Of a stretch of DNA of 64,000 nt, positions 38,429 through 49,559 are shown one piece after another (positions within the stretch are counted from its first letter, which is position 1; each line of letters opens with the position of its first letter). Both the position numbers and the translations under genes were made by a program. The stretch is from Thalassobaculaceae bacterium (GTDB lineage: Bacteria; Pseudomonadota; Alphaproteobacteria; Thalassobaculales; Thalassobaculaceae): the NCBI GenBank assembly GCA_965228875.1, contig OZ245843.1, positions 1,222,616 through 1,286,615 on the forward strand, read 5' to 3'. The notes under the pieces were generated by a model. The model did no database searches and had not been told where the DNA came from. It worked only from the letters and a program-made list of their open reading frames with translations.

Positions 38429-41092
38429 ATGCTCGAGAAGACCTACGCCCCCGCCGATGTCGAGGCCCGGCTGTACGAGCGCTGGGAGAAGTCCGGCGCC
38501 TTCGCCAGCGACGTATCCTCGAATGCCGCGCCTTACACGATCATGATGCCGCCGCCGAACGTCACCGGCAGCCTGCACATGGGTCACGCTCTGACCATGA
38601 CGGTTCAGGACATTCTGATCCGCTACAACCGGATGGCCGGCCGCGATGCGCTCTGGCAGCCGGGCACCGACCATGCCGGCATCGCCACCCAGATGGTGGT
38701 GGAGCGGAACCTGGCGGCGGACGGCATCGACCGGCGCGACATCGGACGCGAGGCCTTCGTCGACAAGATCTGGGAATGGAAGGCGCAGTCGGGCGGGACG
38801 ATCGTCAATCAGTTGCGCCGCCTCGGCGCCAGCCCGGACTGGGAGCGCGAGCGCTTCACCATGGACGAGGGGCTGTCCAAGGCTGTGCTCAAGGTCTTCG
38901 TGCAGCTCTACAACGAGGGACTGATCTACCGCGACAAGCGGCTGGTGAACTGGGACCCGAAGATGGTCACCGCGATCTCCGACCTGGAGGTCGAGCCGAA
39001 AGAGGTCGACGGCAATCTCTGGCATTTCCGCTATCCGCTGGAGAGCGATCCGAGCAAGTTCATCATCGTCGCGACGACACGCCCGGAGACCATGCTGGGC
39101 GACACCGCGATCGCCGTGCATCCGGAGGACGAGCGCTACAAGGACCTGATCGGAACCTATGCCGTGCTGCCGTTGGTCGGCCGCCGCATCCCGATCGTCG
39201 GCGACGAGTATGCCGATCCGGAGCAGGGATCCGGTGCGGTGAAGATCACCCCGGCCCATGATTTCAACGACTTCGAGGTGGGCAAACGCCATAACCTCGA
39301 GATGATCAACATCATGGATGCCCATGCGCACCTGAACGACGAGGTGCCGGAGAAGTACCGCGGCATGGAGCGCTTCGCCGCCCGCAAGGCGGTGATCGCC
39401 GACATGGAAGAGGCCGGGCTCCTGGAGAAGATCGAGCCGCACCGCCACACCGTGCCGCACGGCGATCGCGGCGGCGTGCCGCTGGAGCCCTGGCTGACGG
39501 ATCAGTGGTACTGCGACGCCGCGACCCTGGCCAAGCCGGCCATCGAGGCGGTCGAGACGGGCAAGACCGTGTTCGTGCCGAAGAACTGGGAGAAGACCTA
39601 TTTCGAGTGGATGCGCAACATCCAGCCCTGGTGCATCTCGCGCCAGCTGTGGTGGGGCCACCAGATCCCGGCCTGGTACGGCCCGGACGGCGAGGTCTTC
39701 GTCGCCGAGAGCGAACAGGACGCCGCCACCGCCGCCGAAAAGCACTACGGCAAGGCCGTTGAACTGACCCGCGACGAGGATGTGCTGGACACCTGGTTCT
39801 CGTCGGCTCTCTGGCCGTTCTCCACGCTCGGCTGGCCGGACGAGACCGAGCATCTGAAACGCTACTATCCGGGCGACGTGCTGGTCACCGGGTTCGACAT
39901 CATCTTCTTCTGGGTCGCCCGGATGATGATGATGGGGCTGCACTTCATGAAGGAAGTGCCGTTCCACACGGTCTACATCCACGCCCTGGTCCGCGACGCC
40001 AAGGGCCAGAAGATGTCGAAGTCGAAGAACAATGTCATCGACCCGCTCGACCTGATCGGAACGTACGGCACCGACGCCCTGCGCTTCACGCTGGCCGCCA
40101 TGGCCGCGCAGGGCCGCGACATCAAGCTGGCCGAGGGCCGCGTCGAGGGTTACCGGAATTTCGCCACCAAGATCTGGAACGCCGCCCGGTTCTGTCAGAT
40201 GAACGGGTGCGCGGTCGATCCGTCCTACGAACCGACCGCCTGTCGGGAGACGGTGAACCGCTGGATCGTCGGTGAGGTGGCAAAGACCGCCGACGCCGTC
40301 GCCAAGGCGATCGAGGGATACCGCTTCAACGAGGCGGCGGCCGATCTGTACCAGTTCTTCTGGGGCACGTTCTGCGATTGGTATCTCGAACTCACCAAGC
40401 CGATCCTGCAGACGCCGGAGGGCGCGGCGGAGCACCCCAGCGCCGCCGAGACCCGCGCGACGACGGCCTGGGCCCTGAACCGGGCACTGCACCTGCTGCA
40501 CCCCATCATGCCGTATATCACCGAGGAACTCTGGGCCAGCTTCGGCGAGGAGGCGGATCAGCTTCTGGCCGCCCGTCCGTGGCCGTCTCTCGGCCCCGAC
40601 AGCATCGACGCCGAGGCCTCGGCCGAAATGGACTGGGTAGTGCGGCTGATCTCGGAGGTCCGGTCGATCCGGGCAGAGATGAATGTGCCGCCGGCGGCCC
40701 AGATCCCTCTGCTGCTGATCGGCGCCAACGGGACGAGCGCGTCGCGGGTCGAGAAGCACCGCGATCTGATCACCCGGTTGGCCCGCCTGTCCTCGATCGA
40801 TGTCGGCGGACAGGCGCCGGCCGGTGCGGTGCAGGGCGTCCTCGACGAAGCGACCCTGGTGCTGCCGATCGCGGATGTGATCGACATCGCGAAGGAGCGC
40901 GCGCGCCTCGCCAAGGAGATTGCCAAGGCCGAGGGCGAGATGGCCAAGATCGACAAGAAGCTGTCGAACCAGGGCTTCCTTGCCAAGGCTCCGGAATCTG
41001 TGGTCGAGGAGAACAGGGAGCGCCTGGCCGAGGAGAAGGAACGCCGCGACCGTCTGGCCGCCGCGCTCAGCCGCCTCGAACAGGCCGGGTAG
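38429..41092 (+). CDS. valS: Valine--tRNA ligase
   Basis: [30 protein letters not shown]-terminal coiled coil. Confidence 0.97.
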   Translation: MLEKTYAPADVEARLYERWEKSGAFASDVSSNAAPYTIMMPPPNVTGSLHMGHALTMTVQDILIRYNRMAGRDALWQPGTDHAGIATQMVVERNLAADGIDRRDIGREAFVDKIWEWKAQSGGTIVNQLRRLGASPDWERERFTMDEGLSKAVLKVFVQLYNEGLIYRDKRLVNWDPKMVTAISDLEVEPKEVDGNLWHFRYPLESDPSKFIIVATTRPETMLGDTAIAVHPEDERYKDLIGTYAVLPLVGRRIPIVGDEYADPEQGSGAVKITPAHDFNDFEVGKRHNLEMINIMDAHAHLNDEVPEKYRGMERFAARKAVIADMEEAGLLEKIEPHRHTVPHGDRGGVPLEPWLTDQWYCDAATLAKPAIEAVETGKTVFVPKNWEKTYFEWMRNIQPWCISRQLWWGHQIPAWYGPDGEVFVAESEQDAATAAEKHYGKAVELTRDEDVLDTWFSSALWPFSTLGWPDETEHLKRYYPGDVLVTGFDIIFFWVARMMMMGLHFMKEVPFHTVYIHALVRDAKGQKMSKSKNNVIDPLDLIGTYGTDALRFTLAAMAAQGRDIKLAEGRVEGYRNFATKIWNAARFCQMNGCAVDPSYEPTACRETVNRWIVGEVAKTADAVAKAIEGYRFNEAAADLYQFFWGTFCDWYLELTKPILQTPEGAAEHPSAAETRATTAWALNRALHLLHPIMPYITEELWASFGEEADQLLAARPWPSLGPDSIDAEASAEMDWVVRLISEVRSIRAEMNVPPAAQIPLLLIGANGTSASRVEKHRDLITRLARLSSIDVGGQAPAGAVQGVLDEATLVLPIADVIDIAKERARLAKEIAKAEGEMAKIDKKLSNQGFLAKAPESVVEENRERLAEEKERRDRLAAALSRLEQAG

Positions 41093-41098
41093 GGTGGC

Positions 41099-42037
41099 TC
41101 ATCCCTCCCGCCGTTCCGGGCGCCGCGCGACCCGGACACGGGCCGCCACGACGAGCAGGGTGCCGGCGACCACGCCCGCAGTAAACAGCAGCGTCTCCGG
41201 CCGGAAACGGGATACGTCGATCAGCCCGACGCGGAACGCCGTCTCCTCCAGCACCATGCCGATGACCGGCAGGGCGGTGCACGCCGCCATGTAGCTCTGG
41301 GCGCCGACAAGGCGGATCGACCAGAAGGTGAGGTACATGGACGGGCCGCGCAGGAGCACGCCCACCAGGATCGCGGAGAGGATCAGCGGTCCGTTCCAAG
41401 CCACGGTGCCCAGCGCGCCCACACCGTCCACACCATCCTCGACGACTCGCAAGACCAGCAAGGCGCCGGCGGTGACCAGAAGCACCGCCCCCGTGAACCG
41501 CGCGCGGGCCCCTGGCTGCGCGGACGTGTTGTCCGGGTGACGCTCGGCGATCAGCGTGCTCGCGACCAGCACCACCTCGTTCACCAGCATCAGGACAACT
41601 GCCGGATGGGTGATGCCCCCCTCGAGGCGCAGGACCAGAAGCGCGATGGAACCCAGGATCACCAGATGGCCGATCCACTCGTGACGCGAGGGTCTCCGGC
41701 CGAACACGACCCAGACCGCGACCGCGACCATGGGCACGTTCACGGCCCCCAGCACTCCCGCCTCCATGGCGCTTACCCAGACCAGGACGGCCGTGAACAG
41801 CGCCGCTGACAGCACCCGGAGCAAACCGAGTATCCAGGTCGAGGGCCGGCGGAAACTCTGAACCGAGAGCCGCCCACGCCCTCCGAACAGCAGCAGAACC
41901 CCGCCGCCGGCGCAGAGCTGGATGAACGTATAGGCCCAGGGGTCGAAGCCGTAGCGCACGAGCAGGATCCGACTGACCGCGATAAGCGCCGACCAGGAAC
42001 AGATCGCGGCGGCGGTCACGAGGAAGGCGGGTCGCAT
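41099..42037 (-). CDS. DMT/EamA-like membrane transporter
   Basis: About 10 hydrophobic segments in 312 aa; divergent from a LysR gene. Confidence 0.7.
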   Translation of the reverse strand: MRPAFLVTAAAICSWSALIAVSRILLVRYGFDPWAYTFIQLCAGGGVLLLFGGRGRLSVQSFRRPSTWILGLLRVLSAALFTAVLVWVSAMEAGVLGAVNVPMVAVAVWVVFGRRPSRHEWIGHLVILGSIALLVLRLEGGITHPAVVLMLVNEVVLVASTLIAERHPDNTSAQPGARARFTGAVLLVTAGALLVLRVVEDGVDGVGALGTVAWNGPLILSAILVGVLLRGPSMYLTFWSIRLVGAQSYMAACTALPVIGMVLEETAFRVGLIDVSRFRPETLLFTAGVVAGTLLVVAARVRVARRPERREG

Positions 42038-42135
42038 GTGGAATCTCCGGCGCGGCGGGGCACTCGCCCCGGTCTATCGCAGCGGCTATATGGATTCATT
42101 TCACCAGTTTCTTCCGTGCGATACGATTTCGTTTC

Positions 42136-43014
42136 ATGAACTGGGACGATCTCCGCGCCTTCCTCGCCACAGCCCGGTCCGGCAGCCTGCGCCGGGCCGC
42201 CGAGACGCTCGGCGTCACTCAGCCGACCGTGGCGCGCCGTATCCGGTCGTTGGAAAACGATCTGGGACTGCCGCTGTTCGACCGTGACCGCGATGGGCAT
42301 CGACTGACCGCGGCTGGCGCCGAACTGCTGCCGGAGGCCAGAGCCGTCGAGACCACGGCCTTGCGGGTGGAGGCCCGGTCGCGGGACATGGTCGGCGGCC
42401 TTGCCGAGACGGTGCGGGTCGAAGCCATGGAATGGGCGGCCGCCGTCCTGGCTCGGGGCCTGGATCGCCTGGGACCAAGACCGAGGGTCGATCTCGTGGT
42501 CGCCGGAGATACAAGGCCCGATGGTGTCCGACGACCTGAGATCGTGGTCCGCCACCGCATGCCGCCGGAAGGAGAGGGTGTGACGTGGCGTGTCGGCTCG
42601 ATCGGCTGTGCGGTCTACGGCATGTCCGCCTATGCGGAGGGCCGCCCCCTGCCACTGGATCGCGAGGATTTCGCCGCGCTTCCATGGATCGCCTTCATCG
42701 CCGAGCAGGAGCATTTTGCCGCGATGCAGTGGATCACCCGGCTGACGGCGGGCCGGAATCCGGCGGCACGGGTTTCGCGCACCGACCAGATGGCGATGGC
42801 CGCGGCCAGCGGGCTCGGCGTGGCCATACTGCCCTGCTTCCTGGGTGATGCGACACCCGGCATCCTGAGGCTCTCCCCCGAACTTGACGACCTGCGTGCC
42901 GACTACTGGGTGGTGACGGCGCAGGAGTTCGCGGGCAACCCTTCGGTGCGATCGGTCACGGCGTGGATCGCCGCCTGTTTTCGGGCAGCGGAACTCGGAG
43001 AGCATGGCTCCTGA
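42136..43014 (+). CDS. LysR family transcriptional regulator
   Basis: MNWDDLRAFLATARSGSLRRAAETLGVTQPTVARRI..LE..LG..LFDR. Confidence 0.92.
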   Translation: MNWDDLRAFLATARSGSLRRAAETLGVTQPTVARRIRSLENDLGLPLFDRDRDGHRLTAAGAELLPEARAVETTALRVEARSRDMVGGLAETVRVEAMEWAAAVLARGLDRLGPRPRVDLVVAGDTRPDGVRRPEIVVRHRMPPEGEGVTWRVGSIGCAVYGMSAYAEGRPLPLDREDFAALPWIAFIAEQEHFAAMQWITRLTAGRNPAARVSRTDQMAMAAASGLGVAILPCFLGDATPGILRLSPELDDLRADYWVVTAQEFAGNPSVRSVTAWIAACFRAAELGEHGS

Positions 43015-43105
43015 CCCTCGTGGAGCGGACGATTTCCATACGTTCTCGAAGTCCCGTCCCTCGTCTAAGCTCCTGCGGTCCGAAACCCATTGGCGAGGAA
43101 TGAGC

Positions 43106-44602
43106 ATGGCGCGCATTGCGATCGGCGGCTTTCAGCACGAGACCAACACCTTCGCCCCGACCAAGGCAGGCTGGGACGCTTTCAACGTCGGCGGTGGCTG
43201 GCCGCCGGTGACGACCGGCAGCGACCTGTTCCCCGCCATGGAGGGGCGGAACATCTCCTGCGCCGGCTTCATCGAGGGGGCACAGGTGGCGGGACACGAG
43301 CTGATCGCGACGACCTGGGCCGCGGCCTCACCCTCGGCGGAGGTGACGGACGAGGCCTTCGACCGGATCACCGGCATGATCTGCGACGGTATCCGCAACG
43401 CCGGCCCCATCGACGCAGTCTATCTCTGCCTGCATGGCGCGATGGTCACCGAGAGCCACGAGGACGGGGAGGGCGAGACCGTCGCCCGGGTCCGCGAGGT
43501 GGTCGGCCCGGACCTGCCGGTCATCGTGTCACTCGACCTGCACGGCAACATGACCCGACGGTTCCACGACCTGGTCACCGCCTGCGTCGCCTACAAGACC
43601 TATCCCCATGTGGACATGGCCGATACCGGCAAGCGGACGGCCGCCGTGCTCGACCGCATCCTGAAGGAGGGCAAGCCGGCCAAGGCCTACCGGCAGATCG
43701 ATTTCCTGATCCCGCTGTCCTGGCAGTGCACGATGATGGCGCCGTCCGGTCCGATCTACGACCGGATGGCCGCCATGGAGACCGGCGGGGTGTGGACCAC
43801 CTCCTACCTGCCGGGCTTCCCCGCCGCCGATATCGCCGATTGCGGGCCGAGCATCTTCGCCTATGGCGCCACACAGGGCGACGCGGACAAGGCCGCGGAC
43901 GCCATCGCCGCCGATATCCGACGGCTGGAACCGGAATTCGCCGGCAAGATCTACGACCCGGACGAGGCGGTGGCGGAGGCGCTGCGCCTGTCGCAGGGTG
44001 CCGGCAAGCCGATCGTCATCGCCGATACCCAGGACAATCCCGGGGCGGGCGGCAACGGCGACACGGCCGGCATGCTGAAGGCGCTGGTGCGTGCCGACGT
44101 GGAGAAGGCCGCGATCGGCCTGATGATCGACCCGGAAGCCGCCAAGGCGGCCCATGCGGCGGGTGTGGGAGCGGAGATCACCATCCCGCTCGGCGGCTGC
44201 TCCGGCATTCCCGGCGACACGCCCCTGGAGGCAACGTATACGGTGGAGGCCCTGCATGACGGGTTCACCACCGGCACCGGCCCGTTCTACAGGAACGCCA
44301 AGATGCGGCTCGGCCTGTCGGCCTGCCTACGGATCGGTGGGGTGCGCATCGCGCTGGCCACCCACAAGGTGCAGATGGCCGATCAGAACCTGTACCGCTA
44401 TGTCGGGATCGAGCCGACCGAGCAGGCGATCCTGGTCAACAAGTCTTCGGTGCATTTCCGCGCCGATTTCGCGCCGATCGCCAAGGAGATCCTGGTTGCC
44501 GCCGCGCCGGGGCCAATGATCGCCGATCCGGCCAGACTGCCGTGGAGGAGGCTGCGCAAGGGCATGCGCCTGTCGCCGATGGGACCGGTCTGGCAAGGCT
44601 GA
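43106..44602 (+). CDS. M81 family metallopeptidase (MlrC-like)
   Basis: GGFQHETNTF, LHGAMV, DGEG, LDLHGN, YKTYPHVD, ADTQDNPGAG, KSSVHFRADF. Confidence 0.9.
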   Translation: MARIAIGGFQHETNTFAPTKAGWDAFNVGGGWPPVTTGSDLFPAMEGRNISCAGFIEGAQVAGHELIATTWAAASPSAEVTDEAFDRITGMICDGIRNAGPIDAVYLCLHGAMVTESHEDGEGETVARVREVVGPDLPVIVSLDLHGNMTRRFHDLVTACVAYKTYPHVDMADTGKRTAAVLDRILKEGKPAKAYRQIDFLIPLSWQCTMMAPSGPIYDRMAAMETGGVWTTSYLPGFPAADIADCGPSIFAYGATQGDADKAADAIAADIRRLEPEFAGKIYDPDEAVAEALRLSQGAGKPIVIADTQDNPGAGGNGDTAGMLKALVRADVEKAAIGLMIDPEAAKAAHAAGVGAEITIPLGGCSGIPGDTPLEATYTVEALHDGFTTGTGPFYRNAKMRLGLSACLRIGGVRIALATHKVQMADQNLYRYVGIEPTEQAILVNKSSVHFRADFAPIAKEILVAAAPGPMIADPARLPWRRLRKGMRLSPMGPVWQG

Positions 44603-44725
44603 AGACCCGCCACCGAGGATGGATCTCGATCACCCGGGAGTTTGTGATCGCGTCATTTTCTCATCCATTCAATAGACTATGCGGTGTTTCTAAGTTCTGA
44701 TCTGAACAATGGGAGCGGCGCGTCC

Positions 44726-45559
44726 TCAGAAAGCCGCTCCCACGCCCATCGGGCCGGACCAGCGGCGGGCAGGTTCCTCGAAGTCGATACCGGGGAGAGC
44801 GCTGGCGACGAACGTCTGATCTGTCGGTGGGATTGCCGCCGGAACGTCCAGCAGGGCGAGGGAGATCGCGACAAAGTCGGGTTCCGCTTCGGACTCGAAG
44901 GAGACCGCGGCGCCACAACGGCTGCAGAAGCGGCGGACCACATCGGGCGACAATCCATAGGGCGCCGTGCCTCCGAGGCTGTCCAGTGCCGACCGTTCCC
45001 AGACACCCCACGCCGTGGCCGGGCCGCCGGTCAGCCGCCGGCAGGTTCCGCAATGGCAGAGGGTCGCCCGGACCGGTTTGCCGCGTAGAGTGAAGCGGAC
45101 GTCGCCACAGAGGCATCCCCCGGCGTGCTCATCGGTGGGCCCGGGCGGTGCGAGGCCGCCGCCATGGTCCGGCTCGTCACCGCGGCGGAACGGGATCCCC
45201 GGGTCGACCCGACACCATGGAACCCGGGAGGCGCCGAAGATCTGGCTTTCGACCGAGACCGTATCCGGATGATCGAGGGAACCGGTGGCTATATCCACGT
45301 CGCCGGGCCGACGCGAGTCGGTGAAGGTGAGTGTCGCACCACAGACCGGGCAGAACGTCCGCACGCATCCGGAAGAGGAGGGGTAGGACACCGGTCCGTC
45401 GGCGGTCCACCGGAACGCGGCGGGATCCGCCACGGTCCAGGTCACGACGGGCGCTCCGGAGCTTCGGCGGCACATCGTGCAATGGCAGAGGGTCGTCTCT
45501 CGCAGCGTTCCGTCGACCCGGTAACGCACCCGGCCGCACAGGCAGCCGCCTTCGGTCAT
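44726..45559 (-). CDS. Tandem GFA (glutathione-dependent formaldehyde-activating/CENP-V) domain protein
   Basis: Two copies of GGCLCG.VR..CHC..CRR...FC..CG. Confidence 0.85.
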   Translation of the reverse strand: MTEGGCLCGRVRYRVDGTLRETTLCHCTMCRRSSGAPVVTWTVADPAAFRWTADGPVSYPSSSGCVRTFCPVCGATLTFTDSRRPGDVDIATGSLDHPDTVSVESQIFGASRVPWCRVDPGIPFRRGDEPDHGGGLAPPGPTDEHAGGCLCGDVRFTLRGKPVRATLCHCGTCRRLTGGPATAWGVWERSALDSLGGTAPYGLSPDVVRRFCSRCGAAVSFESEAEPDFVAISLALLDVPAAIPPTDQTFVASALPGIDFEEPARRWSGPMGVGAAF

Positions 45560-46332
45560 TCCGCGTCCCGCAGCGTGCACCACACCGGCGTGTGATCGCT
45601 GGCCTTCTGTTTGCCGCGGGGGCCGGTATCGATGCCGGCCGCCTCAAGTCGGTCGGCCGCCTGGGGAGAGAGCAGCAGGTGGTCGATACGGATGCCGTGG
45701 TCCTTCTGCCAGGCGCCGCCCTGATAGTCCCAGAAGGAGTATTTGTGCGGCGTCGGGTCCTTGGCCCGGAACGCATCCGTATAGCCGAGCCACAGGATCT
45801 CGCGGAACGCCGCCCGGGTCTGCGGCTTGATCAGGGCGTCGCCGGCCCAGGCCGCGGCGTCGTGCACGTCCTCGTCCGTCGGAATGACGTTGTAGTCGCC
45901 GCCCAGGACGACCGGCATCTCCCCGGCCAGCAAGGCCGCCGCCCGCTCCCTGAGGCGCGCCATCCAGGCGAGCTTGTAGGGATATTTCTCGCTGTCCGCC
46001 GGGTTGCCGTTCGGCAGGTAGATCGTCGCGACCCGCATGCCCGCCACCGTCGCTTCCAGATAGCGAGCCTGCTCGTCCCCGTCGTCGCCGGGCAGGCGGG
46101 CGGACACCTCCTCCAGCCCGCGCTTCGAGAGAATCGCCACGCCATTGTAGCTCTTCTGGCCGTGCACGGCGCACTCGTAGCCCAGCGCCTCGATCTCCAG
46201 ACGCGGAAAACCGTCGTCGACCGTCTTGATCTCCTGCAAGAGAACGACGTCGGGCTCGGCCGATTTCAACCAGTCCAGCACATTGGGCAGTCGGGCCTTG
46301 ATCGAGTTGACGTTCCAGGTGGCGATCTTCAT
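45556..46332 (-). CDS. xth: Exodeoxyribonuclease III
   Basis: MKIATWNVNSI, LQEIK, YNGVAI, YLPNGN, GDYN, RIDH, SDHTP. Confidence 0.95.
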   Translation of the reverse strand: MKIATWNVNSIKARLPNVLDWLKSAEPDVVLLQEIKTVDDGFPRLEIEALGYECAVHGQKSYNGVAILSKRGLEEVSARLPGDDGDEQARYLEATVAGMRVATIYLPNGNPADSEKYPYKLAWMARLRERAAALLAGEMPVVLGGDYNVIPTDEDVHDAAAWAGDALIKPQTRAAFREILWLGYTDAFRAKDPTPHKYSFWDYQGGAWQKDHGIRIDHLLLSPQAADRLEAAGIDTGPRGKQKASDHTPVWCTLRDAE

Positions 46333-46435
46333 CGGTTCGGCCTCGTCGCTCGCGGGCCGGCATGGTCGGCGCAAACGGCGGCACGCCGCAACCCCATAGG
46401 ATGGGGGAACGCCGACGCGGTCTCAGCCGGAAGAG

Positions 46436-46792
46436 TCAGCCGATGGAGAAACTGGTGCCGCAGCCGCAGGAGGAGGTGGCGTTCGGGTTCTCGATCGCGA
46501 AATAGGCGCCGATCAGCTCGTCCTTGTAGTCGAGCTGCGCACCCGACAGCAGGTCGAGCGACACATCGTCGACCAGGACCTCGACGCCGTCGCGCTCGAA
46601 CACGTGATCGTCGTCGTTCACGGTCCGATCGAAATCGAACACATACTGGAAGCCGGAGCATCCGCCCCCGAGGACGGATACGCGCATCTTCATCGCCACG
46701 CCGTTGTCTTCCTGGGCTCTGAGGAAGGCGATGCGCTTGGCGGCGCTTTCGGTGATTCCGAAGACACGGTCCGGGGTGGCGCCATCGGGCAT
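46436..46792 (-). CDS. erpA: Iron-sulfur cluster insertion protein (HesB/IscA/ErpA)
   Basis: GGGCSGFQY, NPNATSSCGCGTSF. Confidence 0.9.
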   Translation of the reverse strand: MPDGATPDRVFGITESAAKRIAFLRAQEDNGVAMKMRVSVLGGGCSGFQYVFDFDRTVNDDDHVFERDGVEVLVDDVSLDLLSGAQLDYKDELIGAYFAIENPNATSSCGCGTSFSIG

Positions 46793-47033
46793 GATCATGA
46801 TCCCTAAACGGTGTGGGATGAAGATAGTCGTCGCGCCCCCGTCATTCAACGGTCAGCGAACGCTGAGGGCGGCGACAGCCCGGGCGAAGCCTGGGGAAAC
46901 TACGGGTGGCCACGCGCCATGGGTTCGGATATCCCGAGATCTGGGCATCCGAACGCGGCGATCGACCCCGTGCCGACGAAGCGGTCGGGGTGCCAGGAGA
47001 GGTGCCAGGGGAAGAGCGGACCAACGCGCAGTC

Positions 47034-47423
47034 ATGCAGTCGTATCGCATCACGTATTTGGCAGGAGGGCATGTCGCCGAGGTCGTTCTGAGGGGCAAGT
47101 TCCTCCCCTCGACGGTCATGCCGGTGATCGTCGAACTGCGGCGGTACAACAACGACGGCCGGCTCGACGGCGTACTCTGGGACCTGCGGGAGGCCGATCT
47201 CAGCGACCTCACGATTGCGGCGCTGCGCGACATCTTCCGCTCCAAGAACGCGCTGATCCCCGTGAAACGCCTGCGTATCGCCTGCCTGGTCGCGACCGAG
47301 GGCGATGCCCAGATCCTCAAGCTCTGGGCCGAGGGCTTCGACGACGACCGGCCGCACCATCGGCGATGGTTCTTCGACAGGGAGGAGGCCCTCGCCTGGT
47401 TGACGGACCGCTCGCCCGCATAG
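47034..47423 (+). CDS. Hypothetical protein, STAS/SpoIIAA-like
   Basis: LWDLREADL...RIACLV...FFDREEALAWL pattern; high-GC codon usage. Confidence 0.55.
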   Translation: MQSYRITYLAGGHVAEVVLRGKFLPSTVMPVIVELRRYNNDGRLDGVLWDLREADLSDLTIAALRDIFRSKNALIPVKRLRIACLVATEGDAQILKLWAEGFDDDRPHHRRWFFDREEALAWLTDRSPA

Positions 47424-47510
47424 GCGGGTGCCGCCTTGCGCGGCCAAGCAAATGTGTCTATCCGGGACTGATCGGCGGAAGCGTGGCGGAACGAGGCTCG
47501 TGAAGCAGCG

Positions 47511-48314
47511 ATGATGCTCAGAAGAATCGCTGGTCTGAACAGGAACCGGTTGCTCGAGATCAGGGCGGGCGCCGTCGAGGCGCTTGAAGCCCGTCACACG
47601 GCGGGCAAGCGGCCCTTTCGTGCCGTTGGCGATCTAGTGTCGGACCCTCAGACCGAACTCGACACACGGTTGTTCCAACGGATCATGGCGTTCTTCTGGA
47701 CCTCGCCGATTCCACAGATCTACCGTGACCTGTTTGACGACGGGCCACTTCTGCTTGTCGATCTGTCTAAGTTCCGACGCCAGGCGGAGGGGGAAAATCC
47801 GAACTACGCACCCTGGCACCTTGACGCCAATTTCTACGGTTTCGAGGTGCCGATGCTGACCGCGTGGATACCGCTGGACGATGTGGGAACCGACGCGCCG
47901 GGCCTAGAGTTCTGTCTGCCCAACGACGTCGCGGACGAAGCCCATGCACGCGATTACTGGGCTCGAAGTTTCTTTCACCAGAACAAGACGAAACTACCGA
48001 GCGAGCGGGACCTCCCCGCGATGTATCCGGGCGGCTACCGCACGATGAGCGAGCCACTCGCGGTCGGTGCATGCTTTGTCTTCGACCAGAACACGGCGCA
48101 TCGCACGCAGGTTCTGAAATCGGCAACCAAGGGCCGGATCGCGCTGGAGTTCCGGGTCGGGTCGGTCTCGAAGTCCCCGGCGGGCTATCTCGGTGCCGCG
48201 GGCGGTCGGATGGTGACCGTTCATCCGGCGGCGGATGGCAACGCGCTGGTTGTCCGACGGATGGACCAGATGTTTGACGATTTCCGCACGGACGTTGCGG
48301 CCGGCCGGGCATGA
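47511..48314 (+). CDS. 2OG-Fe(II) dioxygenase, phytanoyl-CoA hydroxylase-like
   Basis: PWHLD (HxD), LTAWIPLDD, PGLEF, distal HRT, RIALEFR. Confidence 0.75.
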   Translation: MMLRRIAGLNRNRLLEIRAGAVEALEARHTAGKRPFRAVGDLVSDPQTELDTRLFQRIMAFFWTSPIPQIYRDLFDDGPLLLVDLSKFRRQAEGENPNYAPWHLDANFYGFEVPMLTAWIPLDDVGTDAPGLEFCLPNDVADEAHARDYWARSFFHQNKTKLPSERDLPAMYPGGYRTMSEPLAVGACFVFDQNTAHRTQVLKSATKGRIALEFRVGSVSKSPAGYLGAAGGRMVTVHPAADGNALVVRRMDQMFDDFRTDVAAGRA

Positions 48315-49387
48315 CGGACGACCTGTCGACGGCGATCCAGGCGGCGATTTCCACAACAAACCGGGCAACGATCGACCGGCTGCTCAATGCCCTTGACCGG
48401 GCCGCGAACGCTATCGACCGCCAGCCGCTTCCGCCCACCGCGGCGCAGACGTTGTTCCGGCTCTTCACCATGCTTCTGACGCCGAACAACGCCGCTCTGG
48501 CGATGACGGTCTGGCGAAAATCCGCGGCGCTCGGTGATCCACGGCTCAGCGAAGCGCTTTATCTCAACCGACACCTCGTCGAGCGTCTGTTCTGTCACCT
48601 GATTGAGAGCGGCGAGAACTGGGAACCCGGTGCCGCCGATCTCGGGCGCATCCTGGAAGGGTGGAAACCTGCTGCGTCCGAGCGCTCCGCTGTCATGGTC
48701 ACCGCCATGCAGAAGTCCGGAAGCACCTATTTCAGCCACCTGCTCGGCCAGTACCTCGACCAGCCCGTCGTCGCCCCGCATTCGACAAACCGCCTGCGGG
48801 AGGAGATGGATCAATCGGTTCTGCGGATCGCAAGCAGGATGGGGGCGGTGATCCAGTGTCACCTGCCGGCAGGAGACGAACTCACCACGTTCCTGCACCT
48901 GCATCGGATACGCCCTGTCGTGATTCTTCGCGACATCTTCGAGTGTATCGCCTCCTACGCGGAGCACGTCCGGAACAGCCACTACCTGCGTACCCTCGGC
49001 CATCGATTCGACGACCTGCCTGTCGAAGATCGCCTGGATTTCACCATCGACTTCATCGCGCTCCACTATGTGAATTTCGTGGCGAGTTGGCAGCACTATG
49101 CGCAGCGGCACCCGGTGCTTGTCCGGCACTACGATGATAACCGCCGGGACTGGACGCGGACCCTCGGCGAGACGGCCTCCTGGCTCGGCCGGGGTCGGGA
49201 CGATGACCGCGCCACCGCCGTGGTGCGTCGGTTGGATGAGCTTGCTGACGTGGAACCTGGTTCCACCCGTCGCAGCCGAGAGAAATACATCTCTCCCGAA
49301 CGGATCACGCCGGCCCAGAAGGAGCGCGTCCGGCGGCTGTACCGGCACTATCCGAAGACGGATTTCTCCCTGGTCGACGGCTCCTGA
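48311..49387 (+). CDS. Sulfotransferase domain protein
   Basis: 5'-PSB-like TAMQKSGSTY, 3'-PB-like ILRDIFECIASY, RHYDD; ATGA coupling to the dioxygenase. Confidence 0.7.
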   Translation: MTDDLSTAIQAAISTTNRATIDRLLNALDRAANAIDRQPLPPTAAQTLFRLFTMLLTPNNAALAMTVWRKSAALGDPRLSEALYLNRHLVERLFCHLIESGENWEPGAADLGRILEGWKPAASERSAVMVTAMQKSGSTYFSHLLGQYLDQPVVAPHSTNRLREEMDQSVLRIASRMGAVIQCHLPAGDELTTFLHLHRIRPVVILRDIFECIASYAEHVRNSHYLRTLGHRFDDLPVEDRLDFTIDFIALHYVNFVASWQHYAQRHPVLVRHYDDNRRDWTRTLGETASWLGRGRDDDRATAVVRRLDELADVEPGSTRRSREKYISPERITPAQKERVRRLYRHYPKTDFSLVDGS

Positions 49388-49469
49388 CAGGGAGCGTGGC
49401 TCGACATAGGGAAAAGACCGACCTCGGCGCCATCCTCGACCCACCCGCTTCGGCAATCCGGCGAGTCAT

Positions 49470-49559
49470 TGGCGGACGGGGTGGGATTCGAACCCACGAG
49501 AGGCTTGCACCCCTGGCGGTTTTCAAGACCGCTGCCTTCAACCACTCGGCCACCCGTCC
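49470..49559 (-). tRNA. tRNA-Ser(TGA)
   Basis: GGACGGGTGGCCGAGTGGTTGAAGGCAGCGGTCTTGAAAACCGCC...GTTCGAATCCCACCCCGTCCGCCA, long variable arm. Confidence 0.97.

Noticed and set aside
38267..40759. 830-aa minus-strand ORF and similar long antisense ORFs (4036-5844, 12731-14527, 28152-29759, 36083-37624)
   Set aside because: Shadow frames of well-supported genes, expected in high-GC DNA; no recognisable motifs
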